Origin: Chiloscyllium plagiosum
Lineage: Eukaryota
Assembly (NCBI RefSeq): GCF_004010195.1
Contig: NC_057718.1
Coordinates: 78,604,935 to 78,668,934, forward strand
Direction of reading: 5' to 3'
DNA: 64,000 nt
Shown in pieces: positions 11,820-25,757 of the stretch (its first letter is position 1; each line of letters starts with the position of its first letter). Made by a program: the position numbers and the translations under genes. Below the pieces are notes generated by a model that saw nothing but the letters and a program-made list of their open reading frames with translations, did not search any database and had not been told where the DNA came from.

Positions 11820-14800
11820 GACTATAAGACATAGGAGCAGAAGTTAGGCCATTCAGCCCATCAAATCTTCTCCACCATTCAATTGTGGCTGATAAGTTTC
11901 TCATCGCCATTCTCCCGCCATATCCCCGTAACCCTTCATCCCCTTGACAATCAAGAACCTATCTATTTCAGTCTTAAATATACTCAATGACCTGGCCTCC
12001 ACAGCCTTCTGTGGCAGTGAATTCCATAGATTAACCACTCTCTGACTGAAGAAGTTTCTCCTTATTGCTATTCCATTCGTCCTTTTACTCTAACATTGTG
12101 CCCTTCGGTCCTCGTCTCTATTACAAATGGAAACATTTTCCCAACATCCACTCTGTCCAGACATTCAATATTCTGTAAGTTTCAATTAGATCTCTCCTCA
12201 ACCTTCTGGATTCCATTGAATATAAACCCAGAATCATCAAAAATTGCTCATGTGTTAAGTTTTCATTCCTGGGACCATTCTTGTGAACCTCCTCTGAACA
12301 CGCTCCAGGGCTAATACATCCTTCCTGAGATATGGGGCCCAAAACTGTGCACTACACTGCAAATGTGGTCTGACCAGAGCCTCAGAAGTACATCCCTGCT
12401 TTTATATTCAAGTCCTCTCAAAATAAATGCCATCATTGCATTTGCCTTCCCAACTACTGACTCAACCTTTAAGTTTACTTTGAAAAAATCCTGGACGAGA
12501 ACTCCCAAGTCTCTTCAGATGTTTGAATTTTCTCCCTGTTTAGAAAATAGTCCACGCCTCTATCCTTCCTGCCAAAGTGCATGACCTCATACTCTCCCAC
12601 ATTGTACTCCATGTGATACCTCTTTGCCCACTCTCCGAACCTGTCCAAATCCTTCTGCAGCCTCCCGCCTCCTCAATGCTATCTGTCCCTCTACCTATCT
12701 TTGTATCATCTGCAAACATCACCAGGATGCCCTCCATTCCTTCATCTAGATTGTTAATGCATAAAGTCAAAAATTGTGGTCCCAACACTGACCCTTGCGG
12801 AACACCACTTGTCACCAGCTGCCATTCTGAGATGGACCCTTTTATCCCCACCCTCTGCTTTCTTCCAGACAGCCAAGCTTCTATCCATGCTAGCACCTTG
12901 CCTCTAACACCATGGGCCCTTATCTTATTCAGTAGCCTACTGTGTGGCATCTTGTCAAAGACCTTCTTGAAATCCGGATAGATAGAGTCATAGAGTCATA
13001 GAGATGTACAGCATGGAAACAGACCCTTCGGTCCAACCTGTCCATGCCGACCAGATATCCCAACCCAATCTAGTCCTACTTGCCAGCACCCGACCCATAT
13101 CGCTCCAAACCCTTCCTATTCATATACCCATCCAAATGCCTCTTAAATATTGCAATTGTATCAGCTTCCACCACTTCCTCTGGCAGCTCATTCCATACAC
13201 GTACCACCCTCTGTGTGAAAAAGTTGCCCCTTAGGTCTCTTTTATATCTTAACCTACTCCTTACCTTCTCAAAAAATTCTAGCAGATTTGTCAGGCATGG
13301 CCTCCCCTTGATGAAACCCATACGCTTTCAAGTATTCAGGAATCTCATCCTTCACAATGAACTCCAAAATCTTACCCACAACTGAGTTTAGCCTAATTGG
13401 TCTGTAATTTTCCATCTTTTGCCTTACTCCCTTTTTAAACAGGAGTGTCACATTAGCGATTTTCCAGTCCTCTGGGACCCTCTCTGATTCTAGTGGTTCC
13501 TGAAAGATTACCACTAACGCCTCCACTATCTCTTCAGCCATATCCCTTTGAACTCTGGGGTGTAGTCCATCTGGTCCAGGCGATTTATCCAACTTCAGGC
13601 CATTCAGTGTTTCTAGCGCCTTTTCCTTGGTGATAGCCACTATACTCAGCTCTGCCCCCTCACTCACTTAAACTTTTGGGATACTATTCATGTCTTCCAC
13701 TGTGAAGACTGATGTAAAGTAATTGTTCAGTTCCTCAGCCATTTCTTTGCTCCCTACTACTTTCTTTCCAGCATCATTTTCCAGTGGTCCATTGCCCATT
13801 TTTGCCTCTTTTTTGCCCTTTATATATCAGAAAAAACTCTTACAGTCTTCCTTTATATTACTGGCTAGCTTACCCTCATATTCAGTCTTCTCCCTTCTTT
13901 TATTTTTGTACTCTGGTGGTCTTTGTAAGCTTCCCAATCCTCTGGTGTCCCATTGCCCTCTGCCATATTATGTGCTTTCTCTTTTGCTTTTACACTATCC
14001 CTGACTTCCCTAGTCAGCCAGGGCTGCCTCATCCCCCCGTACCAGGCTTCTTTTTCCTCAGGATGAGTCTCTGCTGTGTCTCCTGAATTACTCCCAGAAA
14101 CTCATGTCATTTGCTGTTCCACTGTCTTTCCTGCTAGGCTCCTCTCCCAGTCAGTTCCACCCAGCTCTACCCCCATGCATCTGTAGTTGTCTTTATTCAG
14201 ATATAATACTGTTACCTCTGATTCTATCTTCCCCCTCTCAAATTGCGGAGTAAATTTAATCATGTGATGATCACTGCCTCCTAAGGGTCCCTTCACCTTA
14301 AGCTCCTTTATCAAGTCTGCCCCATTACACAACACTAAATCCAGTGTTGCCTGTTCCCTACGGGCTCCACCACAAGCTGCTCCAAAAAGTCATCTGGTAG
14401 ACATTGCACAATTTCCTTTTCTTGTCATCCATCACCAGCCGATTTTCCCAGTCCACCTGCATATTGAAATCCCCCATGATCACTGTGACTTTGCTTTTCC
14501 TACACATCTTTTCTATCTCCTGGTGTATCTTGCACCCCAGCTCCTAACTACTGTTTGAAGGCCTGGACAGAACTCCAACTATGGGTTTTTTTTCACCTTT
14601 GCAGTTCCTCAATTTTACCGACACAGATTCTACACCATCTGACCCTGTAGATGATTTAATTGAATTAATTTCATTCCTTACTAATAAGGCAAACCCACCC
14701 CCTCTGCCCACCTGCCTATCTTTTGGATAGGATGTATATCCTTGAATATTCAGCTCCTAATCTTGATCCCCCCTTGCAGCCCTGTCTCTGTCTTGCCCAG

Positions 14801-15530
14801 CATGTCACACCTTCCAATTTTGAACTGCACCACAAGCTCATTTACCTTATTTCTTATCCTGCGTGCATTCACATATAACTTTAAGTCCTGTATTAACCAT
14901 CCTTCTTCTCATCGTCATTTGCTTGTCCAGTGTGCTTGACGTTTGCTTGCTAATCCTTTCCAAACACTGTCCTATTTGTGTCTGTGGTGGAGATTTTAAT
15001 AACCTTTCCTGAGTTCTGCACTCTTACCTTCTCCTGTAATTCGGATTTTCTAATCTCCCCTATAAGTGAACCACCCACCCCCTCCCCTATCTAGTTTAAA
15101 GCCCTGTCTGCAGCCCTAATTATGCTATTCACTCAGACTCCGATCCCTGCACAGTTCAGATGAAGACCGTCCCACCAGAACAGGTCCCTTTTTCCCCAGT
15201 ACTGGTGCCAGTGTCCATGAAATTAAAACCATTTCTCCTACACCAATCTTTGAGCCATGCATTTACCTGCTTAATCTTATTGACCCTGTGCCAATTAGCT
15301 CATGGCTCAGGTAGTAATCCAGAGACTATTACCTTTTTTGGTTCTGCTTTTCAATTTAGCTCTGAGGTGTTCATACTCGCTTGGCAGAACCTCTGCCCTA
15401 GTTTTATCTATGTCATTAGTACCTACGTGTACCACGACCACTGGATCTTTACCCTCCCACTCCAAGTTTCTCTGCAACCCAGATGAGATATCCCGAACCG
15501 AGCATCAGCAGGCAACAAGCAGGGACTCTC
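11820..15530 (-). mobile_element. Long degenerate CR1 LINE (ORF1 esterase remnant, endonuclease, RT) with a second CR1 3' end nested at about 12983-13250
   Basis: [40 protein letters not shown] and FADDTK motifs. 3' tail near 11822. Confidence 0.9.
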
Positions 15531-16125
15531 GATCCTATCACACAGAACAATGTCTATGCCTCTAACTATATCATCCCCAACTACAACCCAGATTTTGCCT
15601 TTGGCTCTTTCCTCTTCTCCACTCTTTTCCTACTTCTGTACGGGTTTCTAGCTTTTCCTAGCACTGATGAATGGTGGCAGACCTGAAATCTGTTAACTTT
15701 TATTTCTTTTCCCAAAATATTACCAGAACTGCAGAATATTTCCAAATTTTTTTAAACTTGTATTTCAACTTTCCAACATCTGCAATATTTTGCATTTGTC
15801 TCTTTGTAATGTAAGGGTATCAATGGAAATGGAGCAAAGGTAGTTAATGGAGTTGAAATACAAATTTCCCAAATTCTTCTCAAACAGCAGAGACTTAATG
15901 ACCACCTCTTGTTCCTATATTTCTAATTTGGAGCTACAGGTCAGAACACAATTGTGAAATTATGGACACCTTATTCTGAAGATAATTTTAGCATTAAAAC
16001 AGTATGATTATTTCTCCATCTCTATTCCCATTTGAGGAGTGTCCAAAGAAATTGCATGTTATTGACTTACCCATTCAGTGCTTTTAACCATTCTATATTT
16101 TTTACCCAGCTGAATGATCACATAC

Positions 16126-16271
16126 CTGGCAGCTGTCCACTGCACCTTCAATATTACCAGCACACAGTTCACTGGATTTCACTCTTCCATTCAAATATTC
16201 AGGTCGATTGCAAACTTTATTATCTATCACTGGAAAACCTGCTTCTTTTAAAAACCCGGAGCCTCCAGTTC
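16126..16271 (-). CDS. plg: Plasminogen exon 18-equivalent ([48 protein letters not shown])
   Basis: NKVCNR.E.LNGRV.S.ELCAG...DSCQ with the S1 Asp. gcttttag acceptor, gtatgt donor, 146 nt. Hand translated. Confidence 0.97.
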
Positions 16272-16814
16272 CTAAAAGCAAATGTGATACGCAGAAAAAA
16301 AAGTTAATGTCCAGAAATGATCACAACAATTTATGTAATTATGTCATACTTTTTAGCATTTTAAAATATTCTACGATGCATCATTGGAGCATTATGAAAT
16401 AAAATTGAACACCAAATACACATAATGAGATATTAGAATAGGTGACAAAAGCTCGGTCAAAGAATTGGGCATAAAGCAGAAGAGATAGGTTGTGGTATGC
16501 AATGGCTTAGAGATAAACTTCCGTTGCTCAAGATCTATGAAAATTGGATTTCGTTTTCATAAGGACCATTGTTTCTTCCCCTTTCAAATTTCCACATCAG
16601 AAAAATGCAGAAATTAATGGGATAGCATCTTGCGCTTATTTCTGCTCCTTTTTCATTGACAGACCATTACATCCACCCACTACAAAGATTGATTCTGATC
16701 CTAGCTGACTTTCCAGCAGTTTGAATACAGAAGCACTATGAGCTCTATAGCCAATGGCAGGGACAACTTATAGTTGTGTTGACTGATGATTTTGAAAGGT
16801 GTTACTGTGCATAA

Positions 16815-16908
16815 TTTAGATTACATTACAGTGTGGAAACAGGCCCTTCGGCCCAACAAGTCCACACCGACCCGCCGAAGTGTAACCCACCGACCCGCCG
16901 AAGCGTAA
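16815..16908 (-). mobile_element. HE1-like SINE 3' end with a short internal tandem duplication
   Basis: Minus-strand tail ggccgaagggcctgtttccacactgtaatgtaatctaa, shared with 32895-32994. caccgacccgccgaag repeated twice. Confidence 0.6.
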
Positions 16909-17731
16909 TATTCTTTTTTTAATGTACGCCACAACTATTACACATACAGCCTACAATTTAACTGCTGCAGCAAAATGTGAATCAAAATCTTAGCATTACA
17001 TTCTCAATGTTAAAATGTGATGAGTATAATGCAATAAGCAACTTCAAAGATGCCAGACAAAGTTAGGGGTCCGAAATATTTGTGTTTTTTAAAATATTTT
17101 AGCTAAAGTAGTCAAGTGTCACAGACTAGTTGATTATAAATTGACAAAAATAAAATGTTGTTTCATTTTTCAAGAAAATTGGAGAGAGTATATTTATCAA
17201 TACCAACTAATTAATCTATAGTTTCTTGCTTTCTGTCTCCCCCCACTCTTGAACAAGAATGTCATCTTAGAGGTTTCCAAACCTCTGGAACCCTCCTGGA
17301 ATCCAACAAATTCTGAAATATTTCAACCAATGTCTATATTTCTTTTAAAACCCTTGCCACTCATCTGCCTTTCAGTCCCATTAGTTTGTCCAATATTTTG
17401 TCCCTTGTGATAGAGACTGATATGAAAACTTCTCTTGTTACTTTGTTCATCTGCTATCTTTGAGTATTTGTTAGTATCCTTCAGCAGGAAGGTTTAAGTT
17501 ATCTGCCATTTCCCTGCTCTCATTGTTAATCCCACAGTTGCATCTCCGAATGTGTTTTAGGGTTAGGGATTCTTGAACTATTCTCTTTCCGTTTGTTTTT
17601 ATGGCAGTAAATTGCCAAGAAATATAATCAGTTTTCTCCCTTTATTTGTGTTTTAGTCATCCACTGCTGATTTTAGAGAAAATTCAAAATCTTCTAGCCA
17701 ACTATTAGGTTTCACCACTTCATACACTTAA

Positions 17732-18117
17732 TTTTTGTTTTAATACTCTCCTTCACTGCCTTTTTTAACCAGATTAAAAATTACACAACACCAGGTTATT
17801 GTCCTGGTGCTGTGTGACTTTTAACTTTTTTCCACCCCAGTCCAACACCGGTTCCTCCACATCTTTGTTAACCAGGAGTGGTTCATCTTTCCCATCAAAT
17901 TCCTTTTTGATCATCATAGTTTTTTTTTTGTTTTAATACTCTCCTTCACTGCCTTTTTTAACCAGATCAAAAATTACACAACACCAGGTTATTGTCCTGG
18001 TGCTGTGTGACTTTTAACTTTTTTCCACCCCAATCCAACACCGGTTCCTCCACATCTTTGTTAACCAGGAGTGGTTCATCTTTCCCATCAAATTCCTTTT
18101 TGATCATCATAGTTTTT
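17732..18117. repeat. Tandem duplication with a 193 bp period inside an old CR1 fragment
   Basis: gttttaatactctcc at 17737 and 17930. The two copies are nearly identical. Confidence 0.9.
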
Positions 18118-19384
18118 TGCTGAGTGTAATAGATTATCTGTTTAAGTATCTGCCACTGCTCTTCCACTGACTTCATTCTACCTGCTATAACAATCTTTTA
18201 TTCATGCCTCTGTAATTGGTCTTATTTAAGTTGAGGACATTAATGTGAGAACCATTTTGCTCTCCCTCGAGCTGAATTTGAAATTCTACCATGTTGTGAT
18301 AGTTAAGGACCCTTTAGGAGATAACAATGAGATGTCTTGATAAATGTACCTCATTACACATTACCAAATCTAAAGTAAGTCTGTTTCTGGGTAGGTTCTG
18401 CAAACTACTACTCTGAGAAACAATCTCTGATGCACTCTACAAGTTGTACTCTGTGTTACCCTTTCCCATTTAATTTGTCCAGCTAATATACAAATTAAAA
18501 TCGACCATGACAATTGGAGTGCTTTTCTTACATGTCTCCATTGTTTCCTGATTTACACTTTGTATAGATTTTTACATGTTAATACTTGTTGCAGTATCTG
18601 CAGCTCAGACAGAAGTCATTGATGTACTGTCTAACAATCAGTTGGGCTTTACTTGGGACAAAATATACGGAAAGCTTGGGTTGCACAAATGTCAGGGTTC
18701 ACTTCTTGACTTACTTATTTGAGTCCAAAGATATGAAAAGTGTGATGATTGACACCAGCTTGGTTGCAGGAACAATGGCATACTTCGATATTACTCTGCC
18801 TTTGGACTCCACCACAGAAATGTTTTTGACTAAGGTTTACTCCCAAGATATCCACAAGACTGTGGAGGAATTTAGCTCTTGCTCGGAGTTTCATTCATGA
18901 CTGCTGGATCTGTCAATGCAGCAGTGGATGTACATATTACCTGTCTGAGAGCCAGCCTTCCTCTGAGTATTTTGAAAATTTAGCCTAGGATACAAAATAT
19001 CCAGTTTCCATGTATTCGGCATGAGAATATACAACAGAGAATGTGCTGCAGGAGGGGATCTATACATTTGCCTCCTTTTCACATGGCTGATAGACAACAG
19101 TGCTAGCTGAAAATTAGAGGCAAGCTAACCCTTAAGAAGTGGGAAATATACTAACTCTCTTTGTTCTCATTCTAGATGCATCCCATCATCCTGTTTGACA
19201 CTTAGGCTCATACAAGCTAACCATGTTATCAGCATCCGTGGAACAATAAACAACTGCAAAATCAATGCCTACAGGAAAAGATGGATGAGTCTGGAGACAA
19301 ATTAGCGGAGAAGAGAGGAGAGGGAAAACCAAATAATTAAGGACGTCTAACTTTACTTTGAGAAACGATTGCTTTAATGTGTAC

Positions 19385-19491
19385 CTTGTGTATCACCCCA
19401 GCCTGTAACGTAGCACTCAGCTCCACTTGATACTATGTAGCCTTTTGTTGGTAAACAGATCAAAGAAACTTTGTCAGAAAGAACTGCTGAC
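19385..19491 (-). CDS. plg: Plasminogen exon 17-equivalent (SAVLSDKVSLICLPTKGYIVSSGAECYVTGWGDTQ)
   Basis: CLP...C.VTGWG motif. cattttag acceptor, gtacac donor, 107 nt. Hand translated. Confidence 0.96.
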
Positions 19492-20697
19492 CTAAAATGA
19501 AAAATGTGTTTCAAATAATTTTGTTTTAACTTAATTTGCATAAAATAGTTTTTTTAATGATACATTTTTAATTCAGCTTGCAACCTAAGGATAATTCATC
19601 AATAGGCAACGCTATATTGAATAGCTTTATTCAGTTAACATTGTCATGTATGTTTTTAAAGGTACTAGATTAGCTGCAGCGGAGAGGACCTTAAAAAAAG
19701 TTTCAAATACAGCCCTATTATGCATTATGTTGAGTGCTTTATAAGTATTACGCTAAGGGATGGAGAAAGTCAGTCTTATGAAAGAGAGACTGGACCTGTG
19801 AGATGGATGACAATAATTGACTTTTCAAGATGAGCTTTGTTTCAGTCACAAGTTCCAGACAGCTGTGCCAAAATTTCTCCATTTTGTTTGTTATGTAGCT
19901 GTTCTGTGAAGAAATTGGTTCAGATTTTGTATCCTTAGCAGAGCTGTAGGAAGGGTTTGTGTGCATAACACCTCTAAGGGGTGCTCTGGTGCTAGCTAAT
20001 TGAAAAGGTGATGAGCTCTGCTCCCTTGTTGATATCCATCAGAATTATATGCTTCATAACATAATGGCTGTCCAGACACCAGTATCAGTATGCCACTCAA
20101 CAATAATTGCAGTGGATATTGTGCTTGATTTAAAGCTTTCATACCAAAAGGGAAAGATAATGAAAATAGAATGTTTAACAGGCATTCTGTTACCATCCTG
20201 CCACCACTTCCCACTGCAATTTTATCAGCAGCAGGAGAGGCACCAGCTGGCTACTTAAGGGACCAGTGCCAAGTGAAACCTGGTGGTTTAGTGGGAAGGA
20301 GGGGAGATGCCCCATTGGGACTTCTGTCTTCATTGTGGTTCCTTTATACACCCCTGATCCCATCCACTTTTGTGGCCCCAGCAAGATTCTGGAATCATCT
20401 CAGTTTGGATTACATCACTGAACACTCTTTTTTTGGTGACTGCTGTATCGTCCCAGCTGGTGGTTTTCTGAGATGGGCAAAAAACCTATTCAAACCAATC
20501 AAAGGCCCAATGATAATTACTTTGCTACTCAACTAGCTGTCCAAGTGAAGGCATATTTATTCATTTGTGGGATGTTGGCTTCACTGGCTGGCCAGCATTT
20601 ATTGCCTATCCCGTGTTACCCTTGTGAAAGTAGTGGTGAGCTGTCTTCTTGGACTGCTACAGTCCATCTGTTGTGGGTTGATTCACAATGTTATTAG

Positions 20698-20858
20698 TCG
20701 AGAGTGTGCTGCTGGGAAAGCACAGTGGAAGGGCATGACGAAGGCCATTTGCCCGAAACATAGATACTCCTGCTCCTCGGATGCTGCCTGACCTGCTGTG
20801 CTTTCCCAGCAACACACTCTCAACTCTGATCTTCATCATCTGGTGTCCTCACTTCCTC
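20698..20858. mobile_element. Penelope-like family A fold-back insertion into an older LINE 3' end; 14 bp TSD
   Basis: cacaatgttattag at 20684-20697 and 20859-20872. Confidence 0.8.
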
Positions 20859-21250
20859 CACAATGTTATTAGGAAGGGAATTCCAGGATTACGACTCAGC
20901 AACAGTGGAGCAATGGTAATATATTTCCAAGTCAAGATGGTGAGTGGCTTGCAGGGGAACTTGCAGGTGTTGGTGCTTATTCCCTCCACTGGTGTAAAAT
21001 TCAAATCTAGATTTCTTGATGTTCCATTTTGCTCATGTTGAGTGGTTGAGAGGGTCAATTCAGGGCAAATTAAGATGGCTTCAATTCCATGTACCATACT
21101 TTAGAAGCAAGGGTGTTAATCTTACAAGATTGCAAAGACTCTTAATGCATTGAGGGGACATTCTTCAAAACAACTGCATGAACACAAATGCAAGAGGAAT
21201 TGACTCATTACAAGTAAAGGCAAATATAAAAAAGAATTGAAAATGAATAC

Positions 21251-21391
21251 CTCTGAAGCTTTAATAAAGCAATATCATTACGATTGGGTTCAATAACAAT
21301 TTTGTCAATATCAATTATCTGCCTTGATAATTCAGATGCAGATTCTCTGTGTATTCCAATGTAAACTTTGTAGTATGAAGGTCTGGGGTTT
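21251..21391 (-). CDS. plg: Plasminogen exon 16-equivalent, catalytic Asp (NPRPSYYKVYIGIHRESASELSRQIIDIDKIVIEPNRNDIALLKLQ)
   Basis: DIALLKL motif. ttacag acceptor, gtattc donor, 141 nt. Confidence 0.96.
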
Positions 21392-21859
21392 CTGTAATGG
21401 ATGCAATGAATAAATTGAAAATCTGTATTTTTCACAATTATCTTTACAAGGATAATATTTATGTATTGTCTTTAACATAACAAATTTCAAATTGCTGCAG
21501 TGCATTTTTGAAAAATATACACTATCATGCCCTATCGATTGTTGAAGGATTGCAGAAATTTGTAACTGAGTAAATGATGTTAAGACACTTCACCAAAAGC
21601 TTGGTCAAAGGTAGATTTTAAGGAGCATTTTAAAGGAAGAGAAAACAGTAGTTGGGTGAAGAGGTTTTGGAAGGAAATTCAGGAGTCTAGGCAATACACA
21701 ACTGTTACTGAAGGTGGTAATGGAGTGAGGTTAGAGTATGGAGGGATGTGGAAAAAGACTGAGAAATTTTAAAACTAAGATGTTGTTAAACAAGGATTCA
21801 ATGTACGTCAGTAAAAATGAGAGTTAAGATTATAAGCAGCCAATGGATCATTCTCTTAC

Positions 21860-21934
21860 TTTTCTATGCAGTGTTTGGCTGTGAGCACCCAATTGATATC
21901 GATAAGAGTTCCTCCACAAAAGTGAGAACCAAAA
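21860..21934 (-). CDS. plg: Plasminogen exon 15-equivalent, catalytic His ([24 protein letters not shown])
   Basis: HFCGGTLI..WVLTAxHC motif. tcacag acceptor, gtaaga donor, 75 nt. Confidence 0.96.
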
Positions 21935-22349
21935 CTGTGATAAACAAGACAATTTAATATGATAATATTAATTGATTGGAAAACTTGTAATGATAACATT
22001 CAGAGGTAACGTTAATATTAATAAAAATATCGCAATGCGTAAAAAATGCCTTTTCACATTTCCAGTGTTTTTGCCAAATATTAAAAAAATGCTGTGATCT
22101 TTCTTCACCTGATCTTCCTGCAAGTTGAACCAATTCATCTGTTCTTTCAACATTTTCATTTTGAATAAATTTATTATTTCTCCTTGTAACATCCTTTTAT
22201 CCAAAGAAAACAAACTTAGCTTCTCACGTTTCTCCCTCTAACACAAGTCCCACATGCAGGTTATCGTTTTTGTATTTCTTCTCTGACCCCACTTCAAGTT
22301 TCTAAGTATTTACATACTTTTCTCTGCCATTTCAATGTTTGTTTATACT

Positions 22350-22940
22350 TGCTTATGGAATGTGGGGATCACTGACACGGACAGCACATATTGCCATTCC
22401 TAAATGTCTTTGAGAAGGTGGACATGAGGTACCTTCCTAAACTGGTGAATATATTCCCAAAGTTGCTAGTTTGATAAGGAGTTTCAGGACTTTGGCCCAA
22501 CAACATTGAAGAAGTGGTCATTTAGTTCCAAATCAGGATGATATGTTGCATGAAGGGGAATTTGCACATGGTGGTATTTCAATGAATCTGCTGCTTTTGG
22601 CCTTCCAGGCAGTGGAGGTCAGGTGTTCAGGAGGTATTGTTGAAGAAGTTTTTTCCAGTTTTTGTATCTTTTAGAAAATACACACTATTGCCACACTGTC
22701 AGTTGTAGAAGGTTTGTATGATGGGGTGCCAGTCAAGTGGCTCTTTGACCCCGAATGATGTCAAGCATTTTGAGTATTGTTGAAGCAGCACTCATTTGGG
22801 CAAGTAAGGAGCACTCCATCTCATTCCTAACCTGTGCCTTACAAAAGGCTTTGAAGATTCAGGGAGATATTCACAGCAAATGCCCAGACCTATTCTTGTA
22901 GCCACAGTATTTACATGCTTACCCTGCTTTTAAGTTTGTA
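22350..22940 (-). mobile_element. Old CR1/L2-group LINE 3' region
   Basis: Reverse-complement similarity to the 3' parts of 1000-2150 and 33480-35160. Confidence 0.6.
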
Positions 22941-23010
22941 GCATATAAAACTAGCTGGCAGTGTGACTTCATTTATAAGAAAGTTACGCTCTCTGAGGCA
23001 AATCACTTAC

Positions 23011-23131
23011 TGGGTGCGAAGACTAACTTGCCAAGGCCAGGAATGTGGTTTGGATACGCAGCCACCAATAATTCTTCCAAAACATTTCTTGGGCTCAACA
23101 CTAGATATTCCACACTCATTAGTTTGTTGTC
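23011..23131 (-). CDS. plg: Plasminogen exon 14-equivalent, activation loop ([39 protein letters not shown])
   Basis: VEPKKC-x-GR|xxGGCV disulfide-constrained activation loop, diagnostic of plasminogen. tgctag acceptor, gtaagt donor, 121 nt. Confidence 0.97.
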
Positions 23132-25317
23132 CTAGCATCATAAAAAAGATCAATTAGTTGCAATCCCTTGCAATCCCTGCCACCATTTTCAGGGTCCGAG
23201 TGCTAACTCAATCGACTTGATCTCATATAATTTTGGAAGTCAAATAAAGCCATATGACATTGGAACAGAATTAGGTCCCACTCTTCTTACTCTTTATTAT
23301 TTTTTGATCATCTTTTGTTGGTTTTTAAAACTTTCTTAGTCTTCTTGTTGACCACTAATGTTTGTCAAGTTGTACATTGTTTTCTTTCAATTTGATGCTA
23401 TTAACTTTCCTGGCTAAGCGTGGTTGGCTTAAACCCTTGTTAGAATCCTTCTTTCTCACTTGGATATATCTTCATTCGACCATAAGAGGTAAGACCATAA
23501 GAAATGGGAACAGAAGTAGGCCCTCTAGCTTGCTCCATCATTCAACAGGTTCATGGCAGATCCATCATTCCTCATGTCCTCTTCCCTGAGTTTCCCCCAT
23601 AATCCTTGATTCCCCTAACAAGACCTGTTGTAAGGCATGAATTATTTTCTTAAAAGTCTACCATTGTTCCTCAACTGTTTTTGCTGCTAAACAAACTCCT
23701 TTCCCAGTCCATTCCATCTAGTTCTGCCCTCTTTGGTTTGCCATTACCCTCATTTAAGTTGGAATAGTTGTTTCCAATCCCAAGTTTGTACTCTCAAGTT
23801 TGAATATTAAATTCTACCATGGTCACCTTTAATACTTTTCTTGAATCAAGAGACAGATGATGTAAGATGCATACACTGGTTATTGTGGCAAAAAGTTTCT
23901 TATTCCCTAGTGAGATGCAACATTTAACTGTTCCATGTTTGTACAGCTTGGGACCTCTGGGAAGGTTCCACAGTTTTGAACAGCTGGTAATGGGGGAATT
24001 ATATTCTCTGGCCAATTAATGGCCAATTAACTCCTTTGAGAAGGTAAGGGCCTGTCTGATAGCAAATGCAATTTTTAAACTCTTTACTGCATAGATGAAC
24101 TGTGTCCTGCATGGCAGTATACAGCTGTCAAGTTCACCACAGGACCCAAATAAATCTCTGCTGTTGCCTTGGAAGTTAACCTATGGGGCCAACAATTGCT
24201 GGTAGGAGTGCTGGTCCTTACCTTGGTCATGAAAGACTGCTGTGTGCCTTGTTCCACACACATCTTCTACCATTTCTGAACTGCAATACACCCCAACATG
24301 ATTAGTTATCCTGGCGACCTGCAATCTAAAGCTCCCCCAACTATGATTCAACCTCAACAACCCTCAATAGCTCCCAAACCTGTAGTTTTTCCTGACATCA
24401 TTAGCCTCCTATGACCTGTGATTTCCATCCAATCTATGGTTTCTCTGTGACTGTGGGATTTCTCCCTCAAAACTGACATTTCCTCATCGTATATATTCCC
24501 CTCACCCCTATCCTGTTCATAATCCATTCATGACCTTGCAAATTCCCCACAGCCTTCAATTTTCCATCTGATCCACAATTTTCCTACATTCTATGATTAT
24601 TTTGTTCCCTGGACCCTACCAACTCTGTAGACACTCTCCCCATGGTCCTGGCATCTTCCCTTTGACCCGATCATCTATTTTCTACACATCTCCTTGCTCT
24701 CCAACCATCATGACAAATCATGGCCCAGTCAGCTCATTTCTCATGACTATTTTGCCTCTTGCTCAATGATTTCCTTTCCTGGAATCTTGTCACAGTTCTC
24801 ACCCTGCCACTGTCTGGGAAATGGAAGAAAAAAAACTCCAACTGTGGTTCTGGTGTTAAATGTCACGGAGCGTCCATAAACCATTATCCCTGCCCCCCGT
24901 TTGCTCTGTTCGCCCACCACTGCCAGAAGATTATACGATCATAAATGAGGCAAGAATGGGCCTTTGAGCTTCTTGCACCTGCTGTGTCATTCATTAAGGT
25001 CATAGCTGATCTAATTGTAATTAATTGCATTTCCTGCCAGCCCCTATAACTCTTTCCTTCCTTGTAGATCAAACATCTGTCTAATTTGGCCTTACTTCCT
25101 ACCTTCATTCCAGTATTTCTCAGGCCAATGTGAATAAAGAGTGAAACCATCTACCTTGAAATCAGGAAGGGCAATGGCCTGAAGTAGATTTATAAATAGA
25201 TTTAAATATGTTGAGCAAATAAATAGTTATAGGCTATTAATCTGTAACAGAAAGTACATCAAAATAATTAAGTATTTAATGTTTCAATAATTGATTTTGT
25301 ACCTTACTATTCCCTTA

Positions 25318-25485
<168 letters not shown>

Positions 25486-25757
25486 CTACAATTTAACAAG
25501 AATATATTGCACCAGTGACAACATATTGTATTTATTCAGCCAGTAACAACATCCCAGGTGCTTCACAGGAGCAGAATCTGTCTAGATTTGGCCACATAAC
25601 CAATGAAATAGACATTAAAATGTGCCTTAAATGATATGGGAAAGGTGAAGTGGTTAGAGAGAGTTTGACAAAGATTAGGGCCCGTGCACTCTGTTGAGGA
25701 TAACAAACTTCATATTGTTTGTCAGGTTATTGATTGTTGGCAGTGCATTGTAATATT

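Noticed and set aside
18580..19130. 104 aa ORF or possible extra exon in intron 17
   Set aside because: No protein motif, and the flanking plg exons already join in frame without it.
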